Below are positions 1 to 10,914 of a stretch of DNA of 36,843 nt, one piece after another. The first letter of the stretch is position 1; each line of letters opens with the position of its first letter. The position numbers were made by a program, and so were the translations under genes. Source of the DNA: Nemertoderma westbladi (lineage: Eukaryota > Animalia > Xenacoelomorpha); assembly GCA_032718475.1 (NCBI GenBank), contig JAUCBJ010006908.1, positions 1 through 36,843 on the forward strand, given 5' to 3'. The notes under the pieces are model-generated. The model did not search any database, was not told where the DNA came from, and saw only the letters and a program-made list of their open reading frames with translations.

Positions 1-2
1 CA

Positions 3-1529
3 GCCTCAAAAAGTACCGGTCTAGATCTAATACCTGCCCGTTTTCTTAAGGATGGTGCTGAAGTACTTAAAGTGCCTATTACTTTTATTATTAATTACTC
101 TATCGTAGATAATGTAGTACCAGACGAACTGAAATTAGCTAAGGTTGTTCCTCTGTATAAAAAGAATAGTAAAGTAGAACCCTGTAATTACAGACCTGTT
201 AGTATCTTAAGTATTGTATCTAAAATTCTAGAACGTTCTGTTTTTCTACAGCTGGAGGCACATCTTAGTAGGCTAAATCTGATCTATGAACTTCAGTCCG
301 GTTTTCGTAAATCATATTCTACAGACACCTGCCTTATTAACTTAACTGATACAATTAGATGTAATAACGCAAAGGGTTTATATACTGGTATGGTAATGTT
401 GGACCTACAAAAGGCTTTCGATACTGTAGATCACGAAATTCTGCTTGGTAAGTTAGGCCTGATGGGTGTAGGTTCTATAGACTGGTTCAAGTCCTACCTG
501 TCAGACAGAGGTCAAACTGTAGTCATTAGCAAATCGCTGTCTACTGTACAAGAGATTACCTGTGGTGTACCGCAAGGTAGTATATTAGGTCCTCTGCTTT
601 TTGTATGCTATGTAAATGATATGATAAGTAGTATAGATCCCGATTTTAAACTCATTTTATATGCCGACGACAGTGCTCTTATTTTCTCTCATAAAGATCC
701 TATCCATATTTCCCAAAAGTTAAGTGCAGTTCTAGAATCCTGTAATGAGTGGTTGGTTGATAATAAGCTATCCATTCACTACGGTAAGACTGAAAGTATT
801 TTGTTTGGTTCCAAAAGAAAGTTAAAGAAGGTAACTAAGTTTGAAGTCACTAGTAATGGACATAAGATTGAAAATAAAAAGGAAGTTAAATATTTAGGCG
901 CCACATTGGATAACTGCTTATCAGGAGAAAGTACAGTGAAAAATATTTTCTCGAAAGTTAACAGTAGGCTTAGGTTTCTATACAGAAATAAAAATAGTTT
1001 AAACACCGACTCCCGCAAGTTACTTTGCCCTTCTTTAATACAGTGCCACATGGACTATGCGTGCTCTTCTTGGTATGAAGGCTTAACCAAACAGCTTAAA
1101 TGTAAATTACAAGTAGCTCAGAATAAAGTAGTACGATTTATTAAAGACTACAAACCTAGGCACCACCTAACTCCAGATGACTTTTCTGAATCTGGACTAC
1201 TTAACTTAGATAGTAGAGTTAAGCAGCTACGCCTTAACCATGTGCATAAAGTGTATAATGGTAAATGTCCCAATTACCTAAAACAAAAATTCAACAGAGT
1301 ACGCGATACACACTCTTACAGTACCAGAGCTAGTGCTTCAAACTTCTACCTCCCGAATTGTAAATCCTTTGAATCTGATACTTTCTTTTTTAACGGCATA
1401 AAAAATTGGAACGCTCTGCCTAATGAAATTAAAAACCTAAATAATCAACATTCTTTTAAATCTGCAGTTAAATCTCACCTCCGTGTGCAATGTAAAAATA
1501 GGTACAATAGTCCTACAGTAAGTTATTAG
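3..1529 (+). CDS. Reverse transcriptase (ORF2 C-terminal half) of a CR1/L2-group (L2/Crack-like) non-LTR retrotransposon; open from the window edge
   Basis: RT motifs [46 protein letters not shown]. The frame reads through to base 3 ([17 protein letters not shown]), so the true start is upstream of the window. Confidence 0.93.
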   Translation, partial: ASKSTGLDLIPARFLKDGAEVLKVPITFIINYSIVDNVVPDELKLAKVVPLYKKNSKVEPCNYRPVSILSIVSKILERSVFLQLEAHLSRLNLIYELQSGFRKSYSTDTCLINLTDTIRCNNAKGLYTGMVMLDLQKAFDTVDHEILLGKLGLMGVGSIDWFKSYLSDRGQTVVISKSLSTVQEITCGVPQGSILGPLLFVCYVNDMISSIDPDFKLILYADDSALIFSHKDPIHISQKLSAVLESCNEWLVDNKLSIHYGKTESILFGSKRKLKKVTKFEVTSNGHKIENKKEVKYLGATLDNCLSGESTVKNIFSKVNSRLRFLYRNKNSLNTDSRKLLCPSLIQCHMDYACSSWYEGLTKQLKCKLQVAQNKVVRFIKDYKPRHHLTPDDFSESGLLNLDSRVKQLRLNHVHKVYNGKCPNYLKQKFNRVRDTHSYSTRASASNFYLPNCKSFESDTFFFNGIKNWNALPNEIKNLNNQHSFKSAVKSHLRVQCKNRYNSPTVSY

Positions 1530-1853
1530 TTTATTAATTATTTACTATTTATACTGTAATTACGTTTTATAATAAATTGTTCTGTACATTACATCTTTAT
1601 CGTTGAGTCGGGCATTGTCACGCTCTCGGTAAAGTTGTACATGTACATAGTGTAATTACGTTTTATATTGGTTTTAGGTTAGCGTAGTGTAATATTGTAT
1701 TTGTAACCAAGTAACATAAAGGACCCCCTTGGAAATAAGCTGCAAAGCTTTAGGGGTAATCCTATATGTTATGTTGGACAATACCTTTATACCGGTACAT
1801 TGTTTGGTGTATTTGTTATTGTTTTTACATAATGTATAAATAAATCTATCTAT
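1530..1853 (+). mobile_element. 3' UTR and tail of the same LINE
   Basis: Stem-loop GGACCCCCTTGGAAATAAG...TTTAGGGGTAATCC at 1721-1762 resembles the structured 3' ends of L2/CR1-group LINEs. It ends in AATAAATAAATCTATCTAT near 1850. Confidence 0.6.
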
Positions 1854-1985
1854 AAGAATAGAAGAAACAAGAAGAATATTTGTTTATTTCGTCGATCGAC
1901 TTTACCCAAATACTTCTACTAAACGACTTGGTTTTGGAAATTTGAGGGAGCTATCACATTTGAATATTCCTTATTTTGCATTTGA

Positions 1986-2902
1986 ATGTCCTTAGATCAT
2001 CATAATGATGATGGGGTGATGATAACTCCACCTACTGGCTCCAGAAGTCGAGGAAATCCTGCCAAGTACCTAACTGATCTAGACTTTGCTGATGACTTAG
2101 GAGTACTCGCAGAATCATTAGAGGGAGCCCAACGGCTCCTCAGCTCATTAGAACATGCTGCTTCTAGTGTTGGTCTTTTTATTAACTCCAGAAAGACCAC
2201 AATTTTGACAGTTAACTTTGAAAGTCCTCAGCAAGTCTCTGATCGGATGAGCATAAGCTCAAAGGATGGTATGCTTGAGCATGTGGTCGACTTCTGTTAC
2301 CTGGGATCATGGATCCGGAAGTCAGGTGAGGACCTTCGAATACGTAAGGGAAAGGCATGGGCAGCCTTGAATAGGCTTTCCAGGATTTGGAAGTCACCGA
2401 GAATTAATCGGAAACTTAAGGTCCGATTATTTAGAGCAGCAGTAGTTCCAGTACTCCTCTATGGGAGTCCATGCTGGGCTCTAACTGCTGAGGACACCAA
2501 ATCTCTGGATGGCACATTCACAAGAATGCTACGCCGGGTTCATTGTGTCAAGTACAATTCACACATCTCCAACCAGACACTATATAACATTGGAGGTGTC
2601 TCATTGGTTCCCCCAAGCTTGACACTAGAACAAAATCGCCTCCGCTTTGCAGGACATTGCTTTCGCCGTGAGGACCAGCCAGTGCATAATCTTGTACTTT
2701 GGCAGCCTCATGGAGTGAATAAGCATGGTGGACAGCCCATGACTTTCTTGAGACGCATCTTAAAGGACACTGGCCTTGAAGATGCGGATGATCTAGCAAA
2801 TGTCATGGGTGATAGGGAGTTGTGGCGGTGCAATTTCGTCGATAAGCCGGCACAGCATTCTTAAAAATGCAGCTGCAATGCAGCATGCCGATCCTAGTAG
2901 TA
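1986..2902 (+). mobile_element. 5'-truncated RTE-clade LINE, copy A (RT C-terminal part)
   Basis: DLDFADDL, FCYLGS, LLYGS and RLRFAGHC motifs; short 3' UTR ending GATCC(TAG)n; near-identical to copies at 5252-6477 and 30586-31166. Confidence 0.88.
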
Positions 2903-3236
2903 TCACATTTGATATATCACTTTCTGCTTTTTGAGACGGGGGGAGGGGGGGGGGGGGGGGTGCTCAAGCAAATCTCACCTGGTTGAGTACAAAACAAAGA
3001 CAAAAGACTCAAGACCAGTACAAAACAAAGAGGTAAAGTCGCGTTAGGTCCCATTGCCATTTAAAGGAGCAGGTTACAGATGCGTTTTGGGGGAACCAAA
3101 ACAACAAACGAAAGTTCCCACATATGTTTTGTACAGGTCTTTCGTCTTTTGGTCTTAGTTTTGTACTTTATAACATAAAATATAGTTAAAAGAAATGAAA
3201 TATAAGAAAACAATTGGACCGGGATATTGGGACCAG

Positions 3237-3622
3237 TGTAACAGGCTGAGATAAGTCCCCGCCAGATATAACTCCCCAATCTTCTCTTCTCCATAGATTT
3301 CTTAATTAACGGAAAGGAGCAGGTTACAGTGGCGGGCTTTTCTAACCAAAACAATAAACGATATCTCAATAACATAGGTTACAGTTTTATTTTTGCAATA
3401 TACGGAAATAACACAGGTACGGATATTAATTATAACTCAATTAGGGGAGTCATCTCAGCCTAAGGGGAGTCATCTCAGCCTAAGGGGAGTGTTCTCAGCC
3501 TAGGCTGAGATTACTGGGGAGAGTTCCCAGCCTAGGCTGAGATTACTGGGGAGAGTTCTCAGCCTAGGCTGAGACGACTGAGGAGTCATTTCAATAAGGG
3601 GGAGTTATCTCAGCCTTGTACA
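3237..3622. mobile_element. Non-autonomous DNA transposon (Ginger-like MITE) with TGT...ACA ends
   Basis: ~24-bp imperfect TIR (TGTAACAGGCTGAGATAAGTCCCC / GGGGAGTTATCTCAGCCTTGTACA), flanked by CCAG (3233-3236) and CCGG (3623-3626). Internal tandem and palindromic copies of the TIR core (CTCAGCCTAGGCTGAG) at 3441-3585. Confidence 0.6.
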
Positions 3623-4048
3623 CCGGGTTTTAGACATTTTAACTTTAAGACCGAGACTGGGTTTTAGTCATTAAATTTTTAGGACCGCGAGTTTATAGAC
3701 CGGGTTTTAGGAATTATTGGGAAGCCTCCTACTGTCTGACTGTCCTACTGCAGTACTGCTGTACTGTGTGTGCCTACTTCTGTACTGCAGTACTGCCTGA
3801 CTAGGCCAACTTGCTGACAAGACTGCAATACGATTACGAGATTAGGCCTACTGGATTACTGATACATATCAGCATATAGGTGATAGGCTATAGGCAATAC
3901 TCAATCTGGCAATAGGACAACCACAGTACAGCAGTACCTGACAGTGGCACCTGGATTCTGTCTGTCTGTGTGCTGGCTGGCTGCTGTACTGACAGACTGA
4001 CTGGCAGGAAACACATCGGTCTGTCGGTAGCCTAACATAACATTAACA

Positions 4049-4509
4049 ATGAATTCCTCCACCATCTCCCAAGACACGTCCAAAACCGATAAACTTCTTA
4101 CAAAGATCTCGGCTACTGTCGACGCTGGTGCGTTTTACGAGGCCCACCAGATGTACCGGTCGCTGTACTTCCGATATACGCAACAGAGGCGCCATAACGC
4201 CGCCCTACACCTAGCCGCTGGCGGCGCTGTCAGACTGCTAACAAACGGACAAACATCAAGTGGAGGCGACTTGGCGTTACTATCAATAGACGCGTTGAAT
4301 AACGGCAAATACTCGGTTTGTTCCGAAACTCTGGGTATTATTGAGTCTGTGTTTAAACTTATTGGTTCGGAGGAATGTTTGGAGAGACAGCGGTATATAA
4401 AATCGGTAGTGGACTGGTCTAACTCTAATGACACTGCTTATGGACACCCAGATGTCCATAAAGTGTTGGCGGACACTTTGTGGGACGGGAAATGTTTCCT
4501 GGAAGCAAG
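4049..4509 (+). CDS. GET4: Golgi to ER traffic protein 4 homolog (GET4/TRC35), exon 1
   Basis: G-x-FYEAHQMYRSLYFRY, SGGDLA and YGHPDVH motifs of the GET4 family. Ends at the strong donor AAG|GTAAGT (GT at 4510), phase 2. Confidence 0.93.
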
Positions 4510-4874
4510 GTAAGTCTGTAAGTGGGAAAATATTCAGTTGGGATCAGTTCACTGGTTCATAGAGATTTGAATTCCTTCTGTCTGTCAGTGTCAGTTCTTC
4601 TTGCTGCCTTTATGACTTTACCTTGGAATTGTTTTACCGGTACCTGTCTGCCTGTATTGTTGTATTGATAATTTTACATCAAAAAATAAAAAAAAAATTT
4701 AAATTTTGGATACCGGGTTGTCTCAAATATATGCAGATATGCACCGCTATGGGCAATGGGCGCTATGTACTGACGTACAGTAATTTGAATTTCATGATAC
4801 AAATTACAGCAATAATATATGACGGGAATTTTAACAGGAGATAATTTATACCTAAGACCAGACCTCACCACCAC

Positions 4875-5045
4875 AATACTAGAGGAAACTCCCTAAAGCT
4901 ACGCAAACAGGCCCTCAATATGAACTTGCTCGTTTGCAAAAACTTATTCGCAAACCGAGTGGTATACGTCTGGAACCAGTTACCCAACGATGTTGTAACC
5001 GCGACCACCGTGAATGCTTTTAAAATAGGGCCCGATCGCTTCATG
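4875..5045 (+). mobile_element. Degenerate 3' fragment of a CR1-type LINE
   Basis: TRGNSLKL followed, after a frameshift, by FANRVVYVWNQLPNDVVTATTVNAFK, the typical CR1 ORF2 C-terminus. Confidence 0.75.
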
Positions 5046-5251
5046 CCAACTATTATGAACATTTATGACGACTTACTCAAGATAACAGCCTTTTATTTTC
5101 AGTTGACAGATATTTCTTTTAAGTAATTATTTCATTTTATTTCCATTAAACTTTTAACCCTTGATACATACCTATAGTATATCTTAATTTTTATCGAATT
5201 TTATTTATATTTTATTTCCACACCTATGATTTTTATACATCTACACATCTA

Positions 5252-6477
5252 TACATTGGCACTTAGAAGGATAATTGAAGAGTTATCAAAAAAGAAAGAC
5301 AGGCATCTGGCTGTTATCTTTGTTGACTTCTTCAAGGCCTTTGATTCAGTCTCTCGCTCACGTATGTTCAGTATACTTTCATTATATGGGATTCCTGATG
5401 AAATTATTGCATCAATCAGATCAGTATACGATGGTTCGACAACATTTGTGTCTACTGTTGATGGTGACACAGAACCATTTGAAGTGTTATGGGGTGTCCT
5501 CCAGGGAGACACACTTGCACCATTCTTGTTCATAATTGTCGTTGACTATGTTCTACGCATGTCCTTAGATCATCATATTGATGATGGGGTGATGATAACT
5601 CCACCTACTGGCTCCAGAAGTCGAGGAAATCCTGCCAAGTACCTAACTGATCTAGACTTTGCTAATGACTTAGGAGTACTATCAGAATCATTAGAGGGAG
5701 CCCAACGGCTCCTCAGCTCATTAGAACAGGCTGCTTCTAGTGTTGGTCTTTTTATTAACTCCAGAAAGACCAAAATTTTGACAGTTCACTTTGAAAGTCC
5801 TCAGCAAGTCTCTGATCGGATGAGCATAAGCTCAAAAGATGGTATGCTTGAGCATGTGGATGACTTATGTTACCTGGGATCATGGATCCGGAAGTCAGGT
5901 GAGGACCTTCGAATACGTAAGGGAAAGGCATGGGCAGCCTTGAATAGGCTTTCCAGGATTTGGAAGTCACCTAGAATTAATCGGAAACTTAAGGTCCGAT
6001 TATTTAGAGCAGCAGTAGTTCCAGTACTCCTCTACGGGAGTCCATGCTGGGCTCTAACTGCTGAGGACACCAAATCTCTGGATGGCACATTCACAAGAAT
6101 GCTACACCGGGTACATTGTGTCAAGTACAATGCACACATCTCCAACCAGACACTATATAACATTGGAGGTGTCTCATTGGTTCCCCCAAGCTTGACACTA
6201 GAACAAAATCGCCTCCGCTTTGCAGGACATTGCTTTCGCCGTGAGGACCAGCCAGTGCATAATCTTGTACTTTGGCAGCCTCATGGAGTGAATAAGCATG
6301 GTGGACAGCCCATGACTTTCTTGAGACGCATCTTAAAGGACACTGGCCTTAAAGATGCGGATGATCTAGCAAATGTCATGGGTAATAGGGAGTTGTGGCG
6401 GTGCAATTTTGTTGACAAGCCGGCACAGCATTCTTGAAAATGCAGCTGCAATGCAGCATGCCGATCCTAGTAGTAGT
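5252..6477 (+). mobile_element. 5'-truncated RTE-clade LINE, copy B
   Basis: LALRRIIE, FVDFFKAFDSV, GVLQGDTLAPFLF; catalytic FADD is mutated to FAND; ends GATCCTAGTAGTAGT. Confidence 0.9.
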
Positions 6478-8040
6478 TTTCGTTTGGGTTTCTGGGGGAT
6501 ATGCCTCTTAGCTGATTCCTTGTGGGCTGTTATTATATTCTGGTATATTGAATCGGTGGATTGGTCTTCATCCATTGACTGAAGTGCTTCAAAGCGGTTT
6601 TGAATTTATACTGTATAAGCATCCTTTACAGCATTATCAGTTCTGAGTTTCTTCCAGTCATATTTGATTTGCTTGCTTGTCCAGGGTTTGCTGGCTCTCA
6701 AACTGAGTCTGATCTCTGCAGTCACAATTCTGTGGTCCGAACCAATTAGGTTGAACGAGCTGTATGCCTCGCAGTTGATCATGCTGTTTCTCCACTTTTT
6801 GTTTATAAGGATGTAATCCAGTTGTGCTTTGGTTCCATTAGGGTATTGAAAGGTACATAGCTTCCCCTTACTTTTTTCGAATATGTTGTTTGTTGGTATC
6901 AATTCACATTCTTCCATTAGGTCTAAAAGTAAGTACCCATTTCTGTTAGAACTGGTGTTATAGGTGTAACCCTTGATGTCTTCTGGGCCAATTTGCGCAT
7001 TCAGGTCACCAGCAATGACTTTAACATTGTGTTTCGGAATATCCTTAATAAGTCCAGTCAGTTCTTCATAAAACTTGACTGCTTGTTCTGGCTCTGAGGC
7101 ATTGGTTGGACTGTAGCAACATATAACTGTTGCCTTGGGATTCCCATCAAATGTTGCGATCATAACCCTGGAATTTATAGATTCGATGTTGTTTGGGGTC
7201 TTGAGTGCAAATGGGCTTAGCAGAATTCCTACTCCACCAATTGATGCATTGGCCGAGTTTCTTACTGCTGAGCTTGTTACTAACGTCCATCCATTTCCAA
7301 TGTCATTGTACTTCATGGCAGTGTCTTCTTGACAAATCCGATGTTCTTGGATGTAGATGATGTCGATGTTATATTCCATTGCCAGAGCAACCATGTCACC
7401 CTGTTTGCTCTGTGCTTTCAGCGTGCGTGCGTTCATTGTAGCAATCTTTAGTGTCTTTTTACATTTCAACAGGTTGGTTCTTCTTTCTTCTCGGTCTTCT
7501 GTTCCAGTAGCCAATTTATCGACCCCAGCCTGGTGTACCACTGAGGGACGCGGTCCTTGTTGACCCGGGCGACGACCGAGCCGGTATTTATCCTGGAGGG
7601 TTCTCATACTCATATCTTTCAGTTGCGAGAGAAAACCGCTTGTGGTCGCAACTCCTACAAGCGTCTTCGCAGTAGGTCGCCGTTGGTTGATCACCTTCCG
7701 CCGACCTTGTCAGCATGTCTAGCCGTTGGTTGATTACCTTCCGCCTATCCATGGCCTGCTGCCGACTGTAGGGGTCCTTTTGTTACACCCTGAACCAAGT
7801 GTGCCTCCTGGGTTAGGTTACCTAACACTGGTAGAGGAGCATCCAGTATAGATATAGTATAGATAGTATCATCTCTAATGCAGATGCGTATCAAGCCTTT
7901 GCCTTCAATGGTGCCCTAGGCGCTATAGCCCTCAATGACTTATTTAGTTGACAGGGCTGAACCAACCCACTCTTGATCAACTAAATAATGAATAGGCTAT
8001 GCTTATCGGGCCTGCCCTACTGGGCTGACAGCTACAGGTA
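6478..8040 (-). mobile_element. 5' half of an RTE-like LINE: 5' UTR, APE endonuclease and linker, pseudogenised and truncated
   Basis: APE motifs ATMNARTL, IQEHR, YSPT, GDLNA, LDYIL, SDH in 7694-6606. The frame continues past a TAA at 6608-6606 (IQNRFEALQSMDED...PKRK) to the junction at 6478. The 5' boundary is approximate. Confidence 0.85.
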
Positions 8041-9369
8041 GTACCACATTACTGCCATAGTGGTAGCAGGATCTGGGGACCTGACCTGACCTGACCTGCG
8101 ACCTAATGCCTGACCTGCCCTAATGCCTGTGACCTGATCTAATGACATCATTTCACAGGATTTCCACCAATCAGGAATCAAATGACAGGCCTGGAATGTA
8201 TTTTGCGTTTTTCTCAAAACTATGTAAAAATGAGATAGACGGTTTCGGCATTTAAGGGCCGAACTGCGTAACTTGCCAGCCATTGCGAAAAACAAATTGT
8301 TTATAATATCTGAATATGTATAAGTACATATCTTGGTGCAATGCAGACTGTATAACAGAACGTGTATATATTACATTACAGTACGTACGTAAATTACCTT
8401 CATGTATTGAAATTTAATTTTATTGTAATTTTCTCCTAATCATGGATTATCTTTATTTCTGTCATTTGTGTTTGTATGTTTGACTTTTGAGATATATTTT
8501 TATTGATACTGGCTCATCTGTGTTTGTATGTTTGACTTTTATTGTCCTATACTTAAACTAAACAAAACTAAGACCTGTGGTCAGCAGCTATATAAAGGTG
8601 GAATTTATTGCATGAAATATTGCAGTTTATTATTATAATTAGGCCTAAGTAAAAATAATATTTCGACTCAGTCAGCAGGATAATTCTGGTGTTTTAGTTG
8701 TCTTGTCTGAAAACTGAGAAGAAATTTTTTATTTGCAACATATTAAAGTCAACCGATAAAAATTAAACTATTTATCGCATGGTAATAAAATTCTGATTTA
8801 CCAAAGAGCCAGCCATAAGTGAAAAGATTTTATTACCAAGAGGGCCTGATATCCTTATCCCCTTAGGGCCTTTCCCCTTATTTTATTTTACTAATTGTTA
8901 TGTTTTTTTTGGGAACTGACGCTGGAAGGAACTGAATTCAACAGATAATTCGAACTGAAACCGAAATTAGTAAAATTTTGTTTCCGTTTACAACCCTATC
9001 TGTAGCTGTAGACTTACACTCCAAAATTATTACTTCGTATCGATTTAATGGAGAATATTACTGAAGGCCACGAAAGATTTCTCCAGTTAACAGTAACTAC
9101 TTCATTTCCATTTTCAATTACATACTTTATTTTCCTCTGCGGGTACGATGTCATGCTTTATTGCACTCCCCAGTTAACATTACACACTTTATTTTTCTTT
9201 TCAGGTACCATTACGCACTTTATTTCTGTCTCTAGGTACCATTACACCATACACTATTTCCCTCTCCAGATAACAATAAATACATTATTCCCATGCACCA
9301 TTACATACTTTATTTCCTTGCCCATGCACCATTACATACTCTGTGTCCTTCCCCAGGTACCATTACACA

Positions 9370-10914
9370 CTTTATTTCCTTCCCCAGGTACCATTACATA
9401 CTTTATTTCCTTGACCAGGTACCATTATATACTTTATATAACAAAACTTACTGACAGAAAGTAAATTATTTGTTCTAGAACAAAAATATTTATTTTATTT
9501 TTTTTTATTTTATTATTTTATTTTATTTGTTCTAGAATAAAAAACACATGATATATATATAATAGCCATTTTCACAAGAAAAAATTATAAAAAATTTTCA
9601 AATTTAATTTTTTTCACTAGCTAAAAAAGTACTAGCCAACACAAAATCAAAATTATTAGCTCTCCCTACCATCCTACTGTCAGAAGGTCAAATATTTGAT
9701 ATGGAAAAAAAACCTCATGATAAAAACCTTTTTCATGTGAAAACAATTGGTAAAACTATGGGTACCCAAGGTGTACGTACCAATGCCTTTATACCCCTCC
9801 CCAGGTACCATTACATACTTTTTTCCTTCCCCACGTACCATTACGTACGTTATTTCCTTCCCCAGATACCATTACATACTTTATTTCCTTCCCCAGGTAC
9901 CATTACATAACTTTATTTCCTTCCCCAGGTACCATTATCTACTTTATATCTTTCCCCGGGTACAATTACATAACTTTTTTTCTTTCTCCAGGTACCATTA
10001 CATACTTTATTCCTTTCCCCAGGTACCATTATCTTCTTTATTTCCTACCCCAGGTACCATTACATTCTTTATTTCCTTCCCCAGGTACCATTATCTACAT
10101 TATTTCCTTACCCTGGTACCATTACATTCTTTATTTCCTTCCCCAGGTACCATTACATACTTTATTTCCTTGACCAGGTACCATTATATACTTTATATAA
10201 CAAAACTTACTGACAGAAAGTAAATTATTTGTTCTAGAACAAAAATATTTATTTTATTTTTTTTTATTTTATTATTTTATTTTATTTGTTCTAGAATAAA
10301 AAACACATGATATATATATAATAGCCATTTTCACAAGAAAAAATTATAAAAAATTTTCAAATTTAATTTTTTTCACTAGCTAAAAAAGTACTAGCCAACA
10401 CAAAATCAAAATTATTAGCTCTCCCTACCATCCTACTGTCAGAAGGTCAAATATTTGATATGGAAAAAAAACCTCATGATAAAAACCTTTTTCATGTGAA
10501 AACAATTGGTAAAACTATGGGTACCCAAGGTGTACGTACCAATGCCTTTATACCCCTCCCCAGGTACCATTACATACTTTTTTCCTTCCCCACGTACCAT
10601 TACGTACGTTATTTCCTTCCCCAGATACCATTACATACTTTATTTCCTTCCCCAGGTACCATTACATAACTTTATTTCCTTCCCCAGGTACCATTATCTA
10701 CTTTATATCTTTCCCCGGGTACAATTACATAACTTTTTTTCCTTCTCCAGGTACCATTACATACTTTATTCCTTTCCCCAGGTACCATTATCTTCTTTAT
10801 TTCCTACCCCAGGTACCATTACATTCTTTATTTCCTTCCCCAGGTACCATTATCTACATTATTTCCTTACCCTGGTACCATTACATTCTTTATTTCCTTC
10901 CCCAGGTACCATTA
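9370..10914 (+). repeat. 759-bp near-perfect tandem segmental duplication within the array
   Basis: Identical ORF translations at 9701 and 10460, and at 9747 and 10506 (offset 759); sequences match from about 9370/10129 to 10155/10914. Confidence 0.93.
9439..9786. mobile_element. 348-bp AT-rich insertion with 7-bp direct repeats (second copy 10198-10545)
   Basis: Interrupts one 31-bp unit and is flanked by CTTTATA at 9432-9438 and 9787-9793. No TIR or poly(A) seen, so the class is unknown. Confidence 0.5.

Noticed and set aside
1952-2912. TATCACATTTGA on both sides of RTE copy A as a TSD
   Set aside because: The left copy is about 22 bp from the element start, so it is not a clean TSD; it could reflect untemplated or templated filler.
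3625-3712. GGGTTTTAG telomere-like words
   Set aside because: Dispersed and degenerate, not a tandem telomeric tract.
4049-4513. GET4 as a truncated 154-aa protein
   Set aside because: The TAA lies inside the GTAAGT donor; the remainder of the gene is at 12859-13387.
779-7563. Short antisense and alternate-frame ORFs overlapping the LINEs and GET4 exon 1
   Set aside because: Shadow ORFs with no recognisable motifs.
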